Origin: Bacilli bacterium
GTDB taxonomy: Bacteria > Bacillota_I > Bacilli_A > ML615J-28 > CAG-313
DNA length: 64,000 nt
Assembly: GCA_035362935.1 (NCBI GenBank)
Contig: DAOSEC010000003.1
Coordinates: 26,859 to 90,858 of the forward strand
Direction of reading: 5' to 3'
The position numbers and the translations under genes are program-made. The notes beneath the pieces were generated by a model. It did not search any database and had not been told where the DNA came from. It was given only the letters and a program-made list of their open reading frames with translations. Shown piece by piece: positions 47,579-58,763 of this stretch (position 1 is the first letter of the stretch; each line of letters starts with the position of its first letter).

Positions 47579-48372
47579 TGAACGAAATCAAATACAATTA
47601 TCATACACACATGTATTTGTGTAAACACGCAGAAGGAAATGTTGAAGACTATGTAAAGGTTGCGATTACGAAAGGACTCAAACATTTTGGGATGAGCGAT
47701 CACGGACCATTTGTGGATGAACTAAAAGACATCAAAACAAGACGTATGTCGATGGATGAATATAAAACTACCTACCTAAATGAACTTCAATCTGTCAAGG
47801 AAGCCTATGGCCATCTCATTGATTTTAAAAAGGCAATTGAAATTGAGTATCTAACACCACTCATTCCGTATTACAATACTTTCTTACAAGATTTGGATTA
47901 TTTGATCTTGGGACAACATTTGTTAGAGTTTGATGGGAAAATCTATGATGTCTACAGTGAGATGAATCTTGATTTGATGGAGTGTTACAAAGATACTGTC
48001 ATAGAAGCAATGGCAACAGGCAAATTTAAAATCCTAGCTCATCCAGAACTATTCAACTGGAAATACCGAAATTGGGATCACCATTGTGATCGCGTTTCCA
48101 AAGAGATCATCGATGCCGCAATCAAATATAAAGTTGTTTTAGAAATCAATGCAAACGGCTGTCGTCGTGCGAAAGTAAAAACCAAAGATGGGGAAGATAC
48201 GTTTGTTTACCCAAGACTCGAATTTTGGAGAGAAGTAGCGAAGACCGATGCTTTGGTTATGATCAACGATGATGCACATGAACTTGCGCATATCAAAGAT
48301 GAAGCAACCGAAGCTGCGTATAGGTTTGCGAAAAAATTAGGAATTAAGTTAATTGAAAAATTAGATCTATAG
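47578..48372 (+). CDS. PHP-domain phosphoesterase (HisJ/histidinol-phosphatase family)
   Basis: N-terminal metal motif YHTHMYLCKHAEG, with further His/Asp ligands (SDHGPF, AHPE, NDDAHE). TAATG overlap with the upstream gene. Confidence 0.75.
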   Translation: MNEIKYNYHTHMYLCKHAEGNVEDYVKVAITKGLKHFGMSDHGPFVDELKDIKTRRMSMDEYKTTYLNELQSVKEAYGHLIDFKKAIEIEYLTPLIPYYNTFLQDLDYLILGQHLLEFDGKIYDVYSEMNLDLMECYKDTVIEAMATGKFKILAHPELFNWKYRNWDHHCDRVSKEIIDAAIKYKVVLEINANGCRRAKVKTKDGEDTFVYPRLEFWREVAKTDALVMINDDAHELAHIKDEATEAAYRFAKKLGIKLIEKLDL

Positions 48373-48392
48373 ACCCTTATCGGGTCTTTTTC
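48371..48392 (+). terminator. Rho-independent terminator
   Basis: agaccc-ttatc-gggtct followed by a T-run, starting at the stop codon. Confidence 0.7.
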
Positions 48393-48723
48393 GTTTTTAT
48401 AACCCTTCTGTAAGCGTGTGAAATAAAATAGGTGATTACTAATCCAGTTCAGGCGATTGGTATTTTGGATTCCGAAAGAAGAAGCACCACAAGCACAGAA
48501 ACAAGATCAAATCTTGTGAAAAAACCCTTCCTATGGAAAACTTTTAGAACAAGACCCGTCTTTACAATATTTAGCGAAAAATAGAGATATTTAAATGTAT
48601 TCATATATTGTTTATTGAGTATGATTAAAGCCAGTATTTAACGATATAAAAGAAATAAACTAACACAAACACCTTACACATCTACTTGTGACTATATTTA
48701 AGGGCTTGTTTCGATATCAATAC

Positions 48724-48754
<31 letters not shown>

Positions 48755-49149
48755 TCAAATAATAAGGTAAAACGCCGTTATATAGTTTCCATGTTTATAT
48801 GTTGATAACGTGGTTTTAATCGGTATTCGCACGACTTTTCTTGCTTTAAACTCTTATACAAGGGTCTATCTATGGTTTTTTGTTCAACTTTAAAATCATA
48901 TTTTCTTACCAACGCTTGCGTATTGTTCTTATTTGTTTTTGTCTGTTCTCACAAGATTGATTATGAGAACTAATATAATTCATCTTAGTCAGATTTTTTT
49001 ACGTGATTTCGGAATCAAAACAAAGGCACAAACTTTTATTTTTTTAAATTGTTTATCATTCAAAGAAATTAAGTTATTTTAAACCCCTCTCAAATCGTTT
49101 GACTTTTATTTTCCTGGAACTTTACTCACTCACATTGTTTAAACCAAAT

Positions 49150-49178
49150 GAAAAAAGCCTTAACTTCGTAAGGCTTTG
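49150..49178 (-). terminator. Rho-independent terminator of the hydrolase gene
   Basis: On the minus strand: aaagcctta-cgaagt-taaggcttt followed by T6. Confidence 0.8.
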
Positions 49179-49188
49179 ATGGAAATGG

Positions 49189-50118
49189 TTATGCTTTGAC
49201 AACTTCATTATAAAATGAGATGACATCCGCTACAACCAAAGATCGAATCGAATCTATTTCATTTAAAATCTCATGTCTTGCATTATCGTATAATTTATAG
49301 GAAACATTAAGTCCTAATTTTTTATATTGCTTGTGTAATGACTTAACACCTTTTCCATTGTTAGATACGGGATCGAACTCACCGCTTATCATCATAACAG
49401 GTAAGTCTTTTTTAATTAGATTACGGTGTTTGGTTTTGGATGCATCCACAATCAGTTTTGTAAAATCATAGAAAAAGCTTGCTGAAAAGATTCCACCACA
49501 ATATGGGCTTTCAATATACAAGTCAACTTCGTTGGGATTGGTTGATAGCCAATCAAAGGCAGTACGGTTGGGACGAAATGGCTTATTAAAAGAGCCAAAT
49601 GACATACTGTCTAACAATTCACTTTTAAATGTTCTACCATTCTTTTTCATAATCGATTTGGCAACAATCGCACCAACTTGATGTAGGAATGATTTCGCTG
49701 TTGTTCCTGATAACACAATTGCATCAATATCATCTGGGTAGAGTTCAATGTAGCGTTGTGCAATCAAAGATCCCATGCTATGGGCAAACTGTAACAGCGG
49801 TAAATTAGGATATTCCGCTTTCGCTGAATCAATTACCAATTTGATTTCTTTGATCATGGCTAACATATTATCCGTATCATCCATATATCCAATTTCATCC
49901 ACAGAATTCGCGGTTAAGCCATGCCCTAAATGATCTTCACCAAATACAACAAATCCCTCTGATGTTAGTTCGTTTGCAAAGCGGTCGTATCGCATGATAT
50001 GTTCTGCCATCCCATGGGAAATATGGACAATTGCTCTTGGAGAAATTTCAGGATTATACCACTTATAACAATTGATGTGAGTCGTATCGTTAAACTTGAT
50101 TTTGAAATTTTCTCTCAT
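49189..50118 (-). CDS. Alpha/beta hydrolase (lysophospholipase / monoacylglycerol-lipase-like)
   Basis: Oxyanion-region HGMAEH, nucleophile elbow AHSMGS, C-terminal His (ARHEI). Confidence 0.75.
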   Translation of the reverse strand: MRENFKIKFNDTTHINCYKWYNPEISPRAIVHISHGMAEHIMRYDRFANELTSEGFVVFGEDHLGHGLTANSVDEIGYMDDTDNMLAMIKEIKLVIDSAKAEYPNLPLLQFAHSMGSLIAQRYIELYPDDIDAIVLSGTTAKSFLHQVGAIVAKSIMKKNGRTFKSELLDSMSFGSFNKPFRPNRTAFDWLSTNPNEVDLYIESPYCGGIFSASFFYDFTKLIVDASKTKHRNLIKKDLPVMMISGEFDPVSNNGKGVKSLHKQYKKLGLNVSYKLYDNARHEILNEIDSIRSLVVADVISFYNEVVKA

Positions 50119-50128
50119 ATCCTATTCC

Positions 50129-51319
50129 TTACCCTTTCCGATTGAGTTCATTTAAGAAACTCGTACCGATAGTTGGATCTTTGACTGAAAAGTTATCTGC
50201 TATGGTTGCTGCTACGTCAGCAAACGTGGTTCGTACTGGTATTTCTTTTCCGATGATTTCCTTCGAATATGCAATCATTGGAACGTATTCTCTTGTGTGA
50301 TCCGTTCCTGAATGTACAGGATCGTTTCCGTGATCTGCGACAACGATTAACAAATCGTCTTTCTTTAGCGAATCCATCATCACACCTAGATGCAAATCAA
50401 ATTCTTCAATGCACTTTCCGTATCCAATCGGATCTCTACGGTGTCCGTAAATTGCATCGAAATCAACAAGATTGGTAAAACATAAACCAGTAAAGTCCTT
50501 TTGAAGCAGTTCTATTGTTTTTTCCATTCCTGCTTGGTTTGATGGTGTTTTGTGATACTCGGTAATTCCTTCCCCATCAAAAATGTCATTGATTTTTCCA
50601 ATTGCGATGACATCATAGTTTTCTGATTTTAGATGATCCAACACTGTTTTATCATGAGGTTTTACAGCGTAATCGTGTCGATTTGAGGTGCGCTTAAAGG
50701 TGTCCTTAGATTCGCCTATAAACGGTCTTGCGATAATACGGCCTACTTGCCAAGCTGGGTTCTCTAACGTGATTTGACGGGCAATTTCGCATATTTGATA
50801 GAGTTCTGGAATCGGTATGACTTCCTCGTGTGCTGCAATCTGTAATACCGAATCGGCTGAAGTATATACAATCATTGCACCGGTTGCCATATGTTCTTCC
50901 CCTAAATCCTTGATGATTTCGGTTCCACTAGCAGATACGTTTCCGATAATCTTTCTACCTGTTTTTTCAGTTAATAGGTTTAGCAGTTCATCAGGAAATC
51001 CAGTATCGGTGAATGATGGGAATGGTTTGGTAACCTCTAATCCCATTAACTCAAAATGGCCGGTAAGCGTGTCTTTTCCAACACTGATTTCTGCCATTTT
51101 TGTAACGACACCTTGTGGATGTTTGACTTTTTCAACATTCATCACTTCGGTTAGTAACCCGATTCCCAGTCGTTCTAAGTTTGGAATAAAGAACGATTCG
51201 ACATGTTCGCTAATGTGTTTTAATGTGTTAGCACCTAAATCACCATATTTTTCAGCATCCGGCAAAGCCCCAACACCTAGTGAATCGGCTACAACAACAA
51301 AAATTCGTTTAAATTTCAT
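50129..51319 (-). CDS. deoB: Phosphopentomutase
   Basis: I place the start at ATG 51319 ([17 protein letters not shown]) after GGGGGAAG. Metal motif ADHGNDP. The longer track ORF would run through the end of xerD. Confidence 0.92.
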   Translation of the reverse strand: MKFKRIFVVVADSLGVGALPDAEKYGDLGANTLKHISEHVESFFIPNLERLGIGLLTEVMNVEKVKHPQGVVTKMAEISVGKDTLTGHFELMGLEVTKPFPSFTDTGFPDELLNLLTEKTGRKIIGNVSASGTEIIKDLGEEHMATGAMIVYTSADSVLQIAAHEEVIPIPELYQICEIARQITLENPAWQVGRIIARPFIGESKDTFKRTSNRHDYAVKPHDKTVLDHLKSENYDVIAIGKINDIFDGEGITEYHKTPSNQAGMEKTIELLQKDFTGLCFTNLVDFDAIYGHRRDPIGYGKCIEEFDLHLGVMMDSLKKDDLLIVVADHGNDPVHSGTDHTREYVPMIAYSKEIIGKEIPVRTTFADVAATIADNFSVKDPTIGTSFLNELNRKG

Positions 51320-52232
51320 GCTTTTCTTCCCCCTTCGCATGTGGATGATTTTCTTGATAAATTGTTCGCAATCGTTTTTTGCTAATGTGAGTATAGATTT
51401 GAGTGGTCGATATGTCTTCATGACCTAAGAGTTCTTGGACAAGACGCAAATCAATCCCTGACTCAAGCAAGTGAGTCGCAAAACTATGACGTAACATATG
51501 AGGACTGATTTCTTTGTCAATGTCTGCTTTTTCAGCTAGTTCATTTAAGATCTTGAAAAATCCTTGCCTGGATAGACTTCGTCCGTTTTTATTCACAAAG
51601 AGCAGTTCGCGCTCGTTTGAGTTTTTAATTAATTTTGGTCTAGCCTCTAAGATATACTTTCGGACGGAAATGGTAGCCATATCTCCAATGGGAACGATTC
51701 TCTCTTTCGAACCTTTTCCAACGAGTTGAATAAACCCCATTGTTAAATGTAAGTTACTAAGTTTTAAGGCAACAAGTTCACTCACCCGTAATCCAGTCGC
51801 ATACAGAACTTCCACCATCGCTTTGTTTCTGATATCAAGTGGAGTTGTGCCATCTAAACTTGATAAGAGCTGTTCAACTTCTTCTACCGATAAATAACTA
51901 GGTAACTTTTTATCCAGTTTAGGTGCTTCAATCAGTTTTGCATAATCAACTTCAATTAAGCGTTCCTTCAATAAAAACTTGTGAAATGACTTGATTGCTG
52001 ATAAATGTCTTGCCATAGAGGTAGCTGACATATTAGCTCGTTTTAAACTACTTAAATAGTTTCGAATGTGCTTGATTTCAATATCAATTGGATTTGATAT
52101 GCGATATTGTTTGACAATAAAATCAATATAGCGTTTTAAATCGCGTAAATACGATTCTAACGTGTTTTTCGCTACCATCTTCTCACTGGTTAGATAGTAC
52201 CGATATTCAATTATGAGATGTTCCATAGACAA
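51309..52232 (-). CDS. xerD: Tyrosine recombinase XerD
   Basis: Catalytic R...HxxR...Y set ([37 protein letters not shown]). xerD-deoB synteny as in B. subtilis ripX-drm. The XerC versus XerD assignment rests on that synteny. Confidence 0.85.
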   Translation of the reverse strand: MSMEHLIIEYRYYLTSEKMVAKNTLESYLRDLKRYIDFIVKQYRISNPIDIEIKHIRNYLSSLKRANMSATSMARHLSAIKSFHKFLLKERLIEVDYAKLIEAPKLDKKLPSYLSVEEVEQLLSSLDGTTPLDIRNKAMVEVLYATGLRVSELVALKLSNLHLTMGFIQLVGKGSKERIVPIGDMATISVRKYILEARPKLIKNSNERELLFVNKNGRSLSRQGFFKILNELAEKADIDKEISPHMLRHSFATHLLESGIDLRLVQELLGHEDISTTQIYTHISKKRLRTIYQENHPHAKGEEKHEI

Positions 52233-52242
52233 CCCTCACACT

Positions 52243-53367
52243 TTAAATAATTTTTTCTAATATAGCATTCGCAACATACAATTTATCTGCTGGTAATCGT
52301 AACTGTTGATTTTCCTCTTCTAACCATTTTTGTTCTAACATCCAGTCTATAATTGGAAATTGTTCATAAATAGAAATGGAAAAACGCTCATAAAAAAGTT
52401 GTGTCGAAATTCCTTCAATTTTTCGTAGTCCTACGATAATCATTTCTTTCATCAAATCTTCTTTGGATAAGATTTCAACTTCACATAATGACTCGTTGTT
52501 TGTTAAGACATACTCATAATACGATCCTAGATGTCTGGGATTTGTTTTTCTTATTTCTCCATCAAAAGAGCTCGCTGCTGCACCGACCCCAAGATAAGGG
52601 GTATGATTCCAATATTTCGAATTATGAACTGCTATTTTACCATGTTTCGCGAAGTTGCTTGTTTCATAATGGATATACCCATGTGAGGATAAACGACTCC
52701 GAATCAAATCAAACATATCTCGTTCAAGATCTTCATCAAATTTATTATATAAGCCTTTGGTGTGAAGATAGTGAAGTTTTGTTTTTTCTTCTAAAATAAG
52801 TGAATATATCGAAATATGATCTGGTTGGCAAAGCAAGACTTGGTCAATATCCGAATTTAAATCATCTAATGTTTCATTCCCTATCCCATACATCAAATCC
52901 AAGCTTATATTGATGTTGTTTGAATATATTGTTCGGATCATTTCCAATTTTGCCATAACATCGAGAAGATTTGCTTGACGTCCTAATACGTGTAGTTTTT
53001 TAGGTTGAAAGCTTTGAACTCCAATCGAAAACCGGTTGATGTGATAGTCCTTACATATTTGAATAAACTCGCTTGTGATATTTTCAATGTTGCATTCAAT
53101 TGTAAATTCAATCAAGGAACGTAAATCAACAAAAGATTCTAATGTCTGAAACAATTCCTTAAGCAAACTGAAATCCAAACTAGATGGTGTTCCACCACCG
53201 ATATATATTGTATTCACATCTTGATAAAGCAGGTTTGTTTGCGCTAACTCATCACACAAGTATTTGATGTATTCGGTTTTTACATTTGGTTTTGCGACCA
53301 TTTTGTAAAAATCACAATATGAACATATTGTTGTACAAAATGGGATGTGTATGTATAATGCATCCAT
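52243..53367 (-). CDS. hemW: Radical-SAM heme chaperone HemW (HemN-like)
   Basis: CTTICSYCDF radical-SAM cluster motif and a HemN_C-like C-terminus. Confidence 0.88.
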   Translation of the reverse strand: MDALYIHIPFCTTICSYCDFYKMVAKPNVKTEYIKYLCDELAQTNLLYQDVNTIYIGGGTPSSLDFSLLKELFQTLESFVDLRSLIEFTIECNIENITSEFIQICKDYHINRFSIGVQSFQPKKLHVLGRQANLLDVMAKLEMIRTIYSNNINISLDLMYGIGNETLDDLNSDIDQVLLCQPDHISIYSLILEEKTKLHYLHTKGLYNKFDEDLERDMFDLIRSRLSSHGYIHYETSNFAKHGKIAVHNSKYWNHTPYLGVGAAASSFDGEIRKTNPRHLGSYYEYVLTNNESLCEVEILSKEDLMKEMIIVGLRKIEGISTQLFYERFSISIYEQFPIIDWMLEQKWLEEENQQLRLPADKLYVANAILEKII

Positions 53368-53472
53368 CTCAAATACCGTCCATTCTATTACTTATTATAT
53401 CATAGATTTTATCATTTGTAGATAAATTATGAAAAGGAAAAGGACAATTTTGAAGATTGTCCTTTCATCAAC

Positions 53473-54315
53473 TTATTTTAAAGCATCTTTTACATAATTT
53501 GGTAAGACAAACGATGCTTTGTGAAGCTCAATATTATAGTATTTTGTGACTAATTTGCGAGCAACAAACAAATCTGGTTTAAAATCTTTAATAGGATCAT
53601 ATACTTTTGAAGCAAACCCAAACAACCAATGTCCAGATGGATAGGTTGGAATGAATGCTTGATAAACGGTTGCGATTGGAAAAAGATTTCGAATTTTTTC
53701 GTGAGCACGTTTCATTTCTTTTCTTGTATTCTCAAAATATGGACTTTCGTGCTGATTGACTAAAATTCCATCATCCTTCAATATATGAAAACAATTGGTA
53801 TAAAACTCCATTGAAAAAAGTCCTTCTCCTGGGCCAATTGGGTCCGTTGAATCTACCACAATCAAATCATAACGTTTTTTCGTGTTTTTCACAAATGCTA
53901 ATCCATCTTCAAAGTATAGTGTTACTCGAGGGTCCGTAAGTTTTGATGCTGTGATTGGAAAATACTCTTGACAAGCTCGAACTACTTCTTCATCAATTTC
54001 AACCATATCAATCGATTGAATCGTTTGATATCTTGTTAATTCTCGTACCGACCCACCATCACCGCCACCAATCACTAAAACGTGTTCGATGTTAGGGTGG
54101 ACTGACATTGGTGTATGAATCATCATTTCATGGTATATAAATTCATCTTTTTCATTCGCCATCATCACTTGGTCTAACGTAAAGAAACGCCCTAACTCGA
54201 AGGAATCGTAAAAATCAAGTTGTTGAAATGGTGTTTTTTTAGAATAGAGCTGTTTGGTAACTTCTACTGAAAACCGAATGTGTTTTGTCCATTGTTCTGT
54301 AAACCACTGACTCAT
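53473..54315 (-). CDS. speE: Spermidine synthase
   Basis: VIGGGDGG and VDSTDPIGPG motifs. Confidence 0.93.
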   Translation of the reverse strand: MSQWFTEQWTKHIRFSVEVTKQLYSKKTPFQQLDFYDSFELGRFFTLDQVMMANEKDEFIYHEMMIHTPMSVHPNIEHVLVIGGGDGGSVRELTRYQTIQSIDMVEIDEEVVRACQEYFPITASKLTDPRVTLYFEDGLAFVKNTKKRYDLIVVDSTDPIGPGEGLFSMEFYTNCFHILKDDGILVNQHESPYFENTRKEMKRAHEKIRNLFPIATVYQAFIPTYPSGHWLFGFASKVYDPIKDFKPDLFVARKLVTKYYNIELHKASFVLPNYVKDALK

Positions 54316-54323
54316 AGTTTCAC

Positions 54324-55136
54324 CTACTTCATTGTTGGAATGTTCATTCCGTAAAAAATTTCGACCATTTCTTGGTTAATTTGTTGTTTGATTGTGTTCT
54401 TCTCTTCGAGTTCTAACGCATTCGAATCAACATTAAACAAGTAATTATCAAGCACAAAACGATCAATCATCATCTTTGTATGAAAAATATTGGAATGATG
54501 CAAATTGACATCAATTGTCGTATAATTCGATAAGATATTTTTTCCAATGTAATCTTGAATTGAATTGATGTCATGATCGATATAATGTTTTTCACCAGTT
54601 AAATCTCTTGTGAACCCACGTACACGGTAATCCATAATAATAATATCCGAATCAAAACTATGAATTAAGTAGTTTAATGCTTTTAGTGGTGAAATCTCGC
54701 CACAAGTAGATACATCAATATCAACACGGAAGGTAGAAATGTTTTGATCAGGATGACTTTCTGGATATGTATGCACGGTCAAATGAGATTTATCTAAGTG
54801 ACCTACAACACTTTCTTTAACTGGAAGTTTTCCTTTATTACAAGAAAGATCGACATCCGCATCGCTTACTTCGGATTCTGATATTAAAATAGTAACACTC
54901 GCTCCTTGTGGTTCATAATCCTGTTTGGCTATATTTAACACCTTTGCATCAATGATTTTTGTTACTTCAATTAAAATGTTGGTTAAACGATCAGAATTAT
55001 ATTGCTCATCGATATATTCGATATAGGCTTTTCGTTCCGATTCATCTCTCGTATAACAAATGTCATAAATGTTAAAACTAAGCGTTTTTGTCAGGTTATT
55101 AAACCCATAGAGTTTGAGTTGATTTGATTTGTTCAA
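54324..55136 (-). CDS. speD: S-adenosylmethionine decarboxylase proenzyme, long (E. coli-type) form
   Basis: [39 protein letters not shown] (self-processing Ser) and [10 protein letters not shown] are near-identical to E. coli SpeD as I recall it. Confidence 0.9.
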   Translation of the reverse strand: MNKSNQLKLYGFNNLTKTLSFNIYDICYTRDESERKAYIEYIDEQYNSDRLTNILIEVTKIIDAKVLNIAKQDYEPQGASVTILISESEVSDADVDLSCNKGKLPVKESVVGHLDKSHLTVHTYPESHPDQNISTFRVDIDVSTCGEISPLKALNYLIHSFDSDIIIMDYRVRGFTRDLTGEKHYIDHDINSIQDYIGKNILSNYTTIDVNLHHSNIFHTKMMIDRFVLDNYLFNVDSNALELEEKNTIKQQINQEMVEIFYGMNIPTMK

Positions 55137-55188
55137 TTACGTTTCCTCCATATATTAAGATAGAATAAGAAAAGGCCTTTTTACAGGC

Positions 55189-55599
55189 CTAAATTCTTTT
55201 ATGTCTTCTGATAATGACAAAGGTTAGGACAATCACTGTAAAAAATACGAGATTATAGATAATATCGATTCCAGAAACTGTCATGACAACCAAATTCATG
55301 GTGTTGGATATGACATAGACTGCTAAAAACAACGCGGATGCTGGATGGTATCGATCCATCAAAATCGTGGTTGTCAGTAAGAAGGTCGCATTTAACATCG
55401 TTAAGATAGTGTTAATTATAATGTCAGGCATCGCCAATACACACATAATATTGAGGAGTAAAAATGCAATTCCTAGTCCCATAGAAATAGATGCAAGATG
55501 TTCTCTTACCTTACGGACGCGACGATATCGTCTGATTGCTTCCTCAGACTTATTGTACAGTGCATCGTCAAATAGTTCTCTAACATTGATTTCTTTCAT
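55189..55599 (-). CDS. Small membrane protein, unknown function
   Basis: 136 aa with a charged N-terminus followed by 3-4 TM helices. A hairpin with T-run follows the stop. Confidence 0.5.
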   Translation of the reverse strand: MKEINVRELFDDALYNKSEEAIRRYRRVRKVREHLASISMGLGIAFLLLNIMCVLAMPDIIINTILTMLNATFLLTTTILMDRYHPASALFLAVYVISNTMNLVVMTVSGIDIIYNLVFFTVIVLTFVIIRRHKRI

Positions 55600-55652
55600 A
55601 GCATCACCTTTTCTATGGATATATCATACATTAAAAGGATTGTTTCGTCAAT

Positions 55653-57482
55653 TTATTTTTCGTCAAGTGATAACACAGCTAGAAAGGCTTCTTGTGGAAT
55701 ATCCACGCTTCCTACCTGTTTCATGCGCTTTTTCCCTTCTTTTTGCTTCTCCAATAATTTCTTTTTTCGAGTAATATCCCCACCATAACACTTTGATAAT
55801 ACGTCTTTTCGCATCGCAGAAATGGTTTCTCTTGCGATGATGCGGTTATTTAATGCTGCTTGAATGGGAACTTCAAACATTTGTCTAGGGATTATTTTTC
55901 TTAATTTTTCTACAATTGCTTTTCCTCTTGGGTAAGCAAATTCTTTGTGAACGATCACGCTTAATGCATCTACCTTTTCACCATTTAATAAAATATCCAT
56001 TTTGGATAGACTTGATTCTCTGTATCCACTCAACTCATAATCAAACGATGCATATCCTTTGGTGGTTGATTTGAGACGGTCAAAAAAGTCATATACAATT
56101 TCAGAAAGTGGTAAGTAATAATAAATGGCTACTCTAGAAACATCTAAATATTTCATATCAATGAATATACCACGTTTTCCTTGAGAAACCTCCATGATTG
56201 GCCCGACGTATTCGTTAGGAGCCATAATCGTTGCTTTTACATAAGGTTCCTCGATCTTTTTAATGACGGTAAGTTCTGGCATCATCGATGGATTGTCGAT
56301 TATTTGCATTTGACCATTGGTTAAGAATACATGATACTCCACACTTGGTGCAGTAGCGATGAGTTCTATTTTAAATTCACGTTCGATTCGTTCTTGAATG
56401 ATTTCCATATGCAAAAGCCCTAAGAAACCAACACGAAATCCAAATCCAAGTGCTTGTGAAGATTCAATTTCCCACGACAAAGCGGCATCATTTAATTTCA
56501 GTTTTTCCAATGCGTCTTTTAAGTCATTGTATTTGTTTGGTTCAATCGGATAAATTCCACAAAACACCATTGGTTTTAAAGCACGGTAACCTGGTAGTGG
56601 TGAAGATGCTGGGTGTTCTACTTTCGTAATGGTATCCCCAACACGAACCATACTCACATCCTTAATCGCAGCGGTTAAGAAACCTACATCACCTGGAGAT
56701 AAAAAGTCAACTTTCTTTTCTTTTGGTGTATAGACTCCAACTTCAACAACTTCAAAGGCATGACCTGTTGCCATCATTTGAATGACATCTCCTTTGGAAA
56801 TGGTTCCATTGACAACACGAACAGATGGGATGATTCCACGATATTGATCAAAATAAGAATCAAACACCAAAGCTTGAAGCGGTAGATCTGGGTCTCCAAC
56901 TGGGGATGGAACTTTATGAACGATTTGTTCTAAGAGTTCTTCAATCCCGATCCCTTCTTTCGCCGACGCTAAAATCGCCTCAGATGCATCGAGTCCAATA
57001 ACATCTTCGATTTCTTTTTTCACCTTCTCAGGTTCGGCTGCTGGTAAGTCAATTTTATTAATGAGTGGCAATATTTCTAGATTATTGTCTGCTGCGAGAT
57101 AGACATTGGCTAAGGTTTGAGCTTCAATTCCTTGAGCTGCATCGACTACCAATATTGCACCTTCACAAGCGGCTAGACTTCTTGAAACCTCATACGTAAA
57201 GTCAACATGACCTGGGGTATCAATCAAATGAAAAATATAATCAGATCCATCTTTGCTTTTATATGGAATTTCAATCGCATTGAGTTTGATGGTAATTCCA
57301 CGTTCACGTTCTAGATCCATCGAATCTAGTAATTGTTCCTTCATATCACGTGCTGCAATTGCACCAGCTTTTTCTAAAATACGGTCTGCAAGCGTACTCT
57401 TACCGTGGTCGATATGGGCGATGATCGAAAAATTGCGAATTCGTTTTTGTTTGTTTAACAGCTCATCTCTAGATGGCAACAT
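55653..57482 (-). CDS. lepA: Elongation factor 4 (LepA)
   Basis: [23 protein letters not shown] and NKID motifs. LepA-specific C-terminal domain. Confidence 0.97.
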   Translation of the reverse strand: MLPSRDELLNKQKRIRNFSIIAHIDHGKSTLADRILEKAGAIAARDMKEQLLDSMDLERERGITIKLNAIEIPYKSKDGSDYIFHLIDTPGHVDFTYEVSRSLAACEGAILVVDAAQGIEAQTLANVYLAADNNLEILPLINKIDLPAAEPEKVKKEIEDVIGLDASEAILASAKEGIGIEELLEQIVHKVPSPVGDPDLPLQALVFDSYFDQYRGIIPSVRVVNGTISKGDVIQMMATGHAFEVVEVGVYTPKEKKVDFLSPGDVGFLTAAIKDVSMVRVGDTITKVEHPASSPLPGYRALKPMVFCGIYPIEPNKYNDLKDALEKLKLNDAALSWEIESSQALGFGFRVGFLGLLHMEIIQERIEREFKIELIATAPSVEYHVFLTNGQMQIIDNPSMMPELTVIKKIEEPYVKATIMAPNEYVGPIMEVSQGKRGIFIDMKYLDVSRVAIYYYLPLSEIVYDFFDRLKSTTKGYASFDYELSGYRESSLSKMDILLNGEKVDALSVIVHKEFAYPRGKAIVEKLRKIIPRQMFEVPIQAALNNRIIARETISAMRKDVLSKCYGGDITRKKKLLEKQKEGKKRMKQVGSVDIPQEAFLAVLSLDEK

Positions 57483-57641
57483 ACGCTTACCTTCCTTTCA
57501 AATTTTTATTACAACATATTTTACCAAAAAATCACCAATTTTACAAGAAATATCAACATATTTTATCGGAAAGAAATGGTCCAAACAGACATAAAAAATG
57601 GTCACTTTAGTTAAAAAGTGACCACCTAAGGAGAAAATGAT

Positions 57642-58640
57642 TTATTTATTAGCACCTATTCTATTTTGTTGCCAGGAACGAATTTGATTCATGATTCTTG
57701 TATTGGCTTGATGATTGTTGCGAAATTCTTCCATTCGTTGTCTGAATTGATTCATTCTTTCTTGATGGCGTGTACGAACTTGTTCACGAATTGGTAATGA
57801 ACGCTCTTTAAATTCTTCGCGTAATTGATCCATTTCAAAATGAAAATCAAGTTTTAATGTTGCCAATGCTTCTTGCTTTGTAGCCAATTCTGCTTCTAGA
57901 GTAACTTTGACTTCTTCATCCGTTTCATCTGCAATAGCTACAACCAATGCTTCAATTTCTGCTTCTAATGCTTCAATCAATGGAATGTATTCATCTTTGA
58001 TTTCTTGCATACGTGTTTTAAATTCTTCTCTTAATGCAGATACGATGTCTTTGACTTCTTGTTGTTTTTCCTTGATCATCGTCATTAATTCGGAAACAGA
58101 CAGTTCAAGTCCTTCTTCTGTTGTAAGTTCTGGATATAATACTTGAACTACTTTTACGAGTCTCAATTTACCAGGAGAAACTCCAAGTGCATCTGCTTCT
58201 TCCTTGATTTCTTGCATTGTTTCACTAATCATCGCATATCCAAAAATTCCTTTTTTCATAAACATGTTGTTGATATGGGAACGCATTTGTTCTCCTAATC
58301 GATTTCCAACACGATCATTGTAACCGATGGTTGTAACACTAACGACGGTTTCCTCACTATCCACATCAATATATCCTAGTTCGATTGCCTTTTCAACAAT
58401 GAGTGTGGTTGCGACTTCTAACTTTAATCCGATTAAATCAAGATCTGTTAGTAATACTTCTGCATCTTCATTGAGTGCATTGACAGAAACAACAACGTCT
58501 CTACGGTTCACAATTAACTCTACACTTGGGTTTATGTCAATTGCAACATAACTCTCTGCGTTCACTGTTTGACATCCTACGATAAAGATAGCTCCTAAAG
58601 CTAATGTGAAAACGAATAATATATTTCTTAATTGTTTCAT
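57642..58640 (-). CDS. Lipoprotein with long Glu/Lys-rich coiled-coil C-terminus
   Basis: Start ATG 58640 after GGAGGT. Lipobox IVGCQ. The IDINPSVELIVN...ALNEDAEVLL segment resembles the extracytoplasmic module of RsgI-type anti-sigma proteins; that is a weak recollection. Confidence 0.55.
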   Translation of the reverse strand: MKQLRNILFVFTLALGAIFIVGCQTVNAESYVAIDINPSVELIVNRRDVVVSVNALNEDAEVLLTDLDLIGLKLEVATTLIVEKAIELGYIDVDSEETVVSVTTIGYNDRVGNRLGEQMRSHINNMFMKKGIFGYAMISETMQEIKEEADALGVSPGKLRLVKVVQVLYPELTTEEGLELSVSELMTMIKEKQQEVKDIVSALREEFKTRMQEIKDEYIPLIEALEAEIEALVVAIADETDEEVKVTLEAELATKQEALATLKLDFHFEMDQLREEFKERSLPIREQVRTRHQERMNQFRQRMEEFRNNHQANTRIMNQIRSWQQNRIGANK

Positions 58641-58763
58641 ATTTGAAAACCTCCTTCTATTTTTTGTTTTCACTTAATAAACAAATTAAGTGATCTATTT
58701 ATTGGTAAATATTCGTTTTTTTTATAAAAAACTACACCTAAGTCATTAGGTGTAGCCATTTGT

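Noticed and set aside
50817-51428. 203-aa ORF on the plus strand
   Set aside because: It is antisense to deoB and the end of xerD, with low-complexity Ser/Phe-rich translation and no start context.
51309-52232. Tyrosine recombinase as a marker of a prophage or integrative element
   Set aside because: It has XerD-like sequence, conserved xerD-deoB synteny and proximity to dif. There are no phage, excisionase or att-flanked cargo genes nearby.
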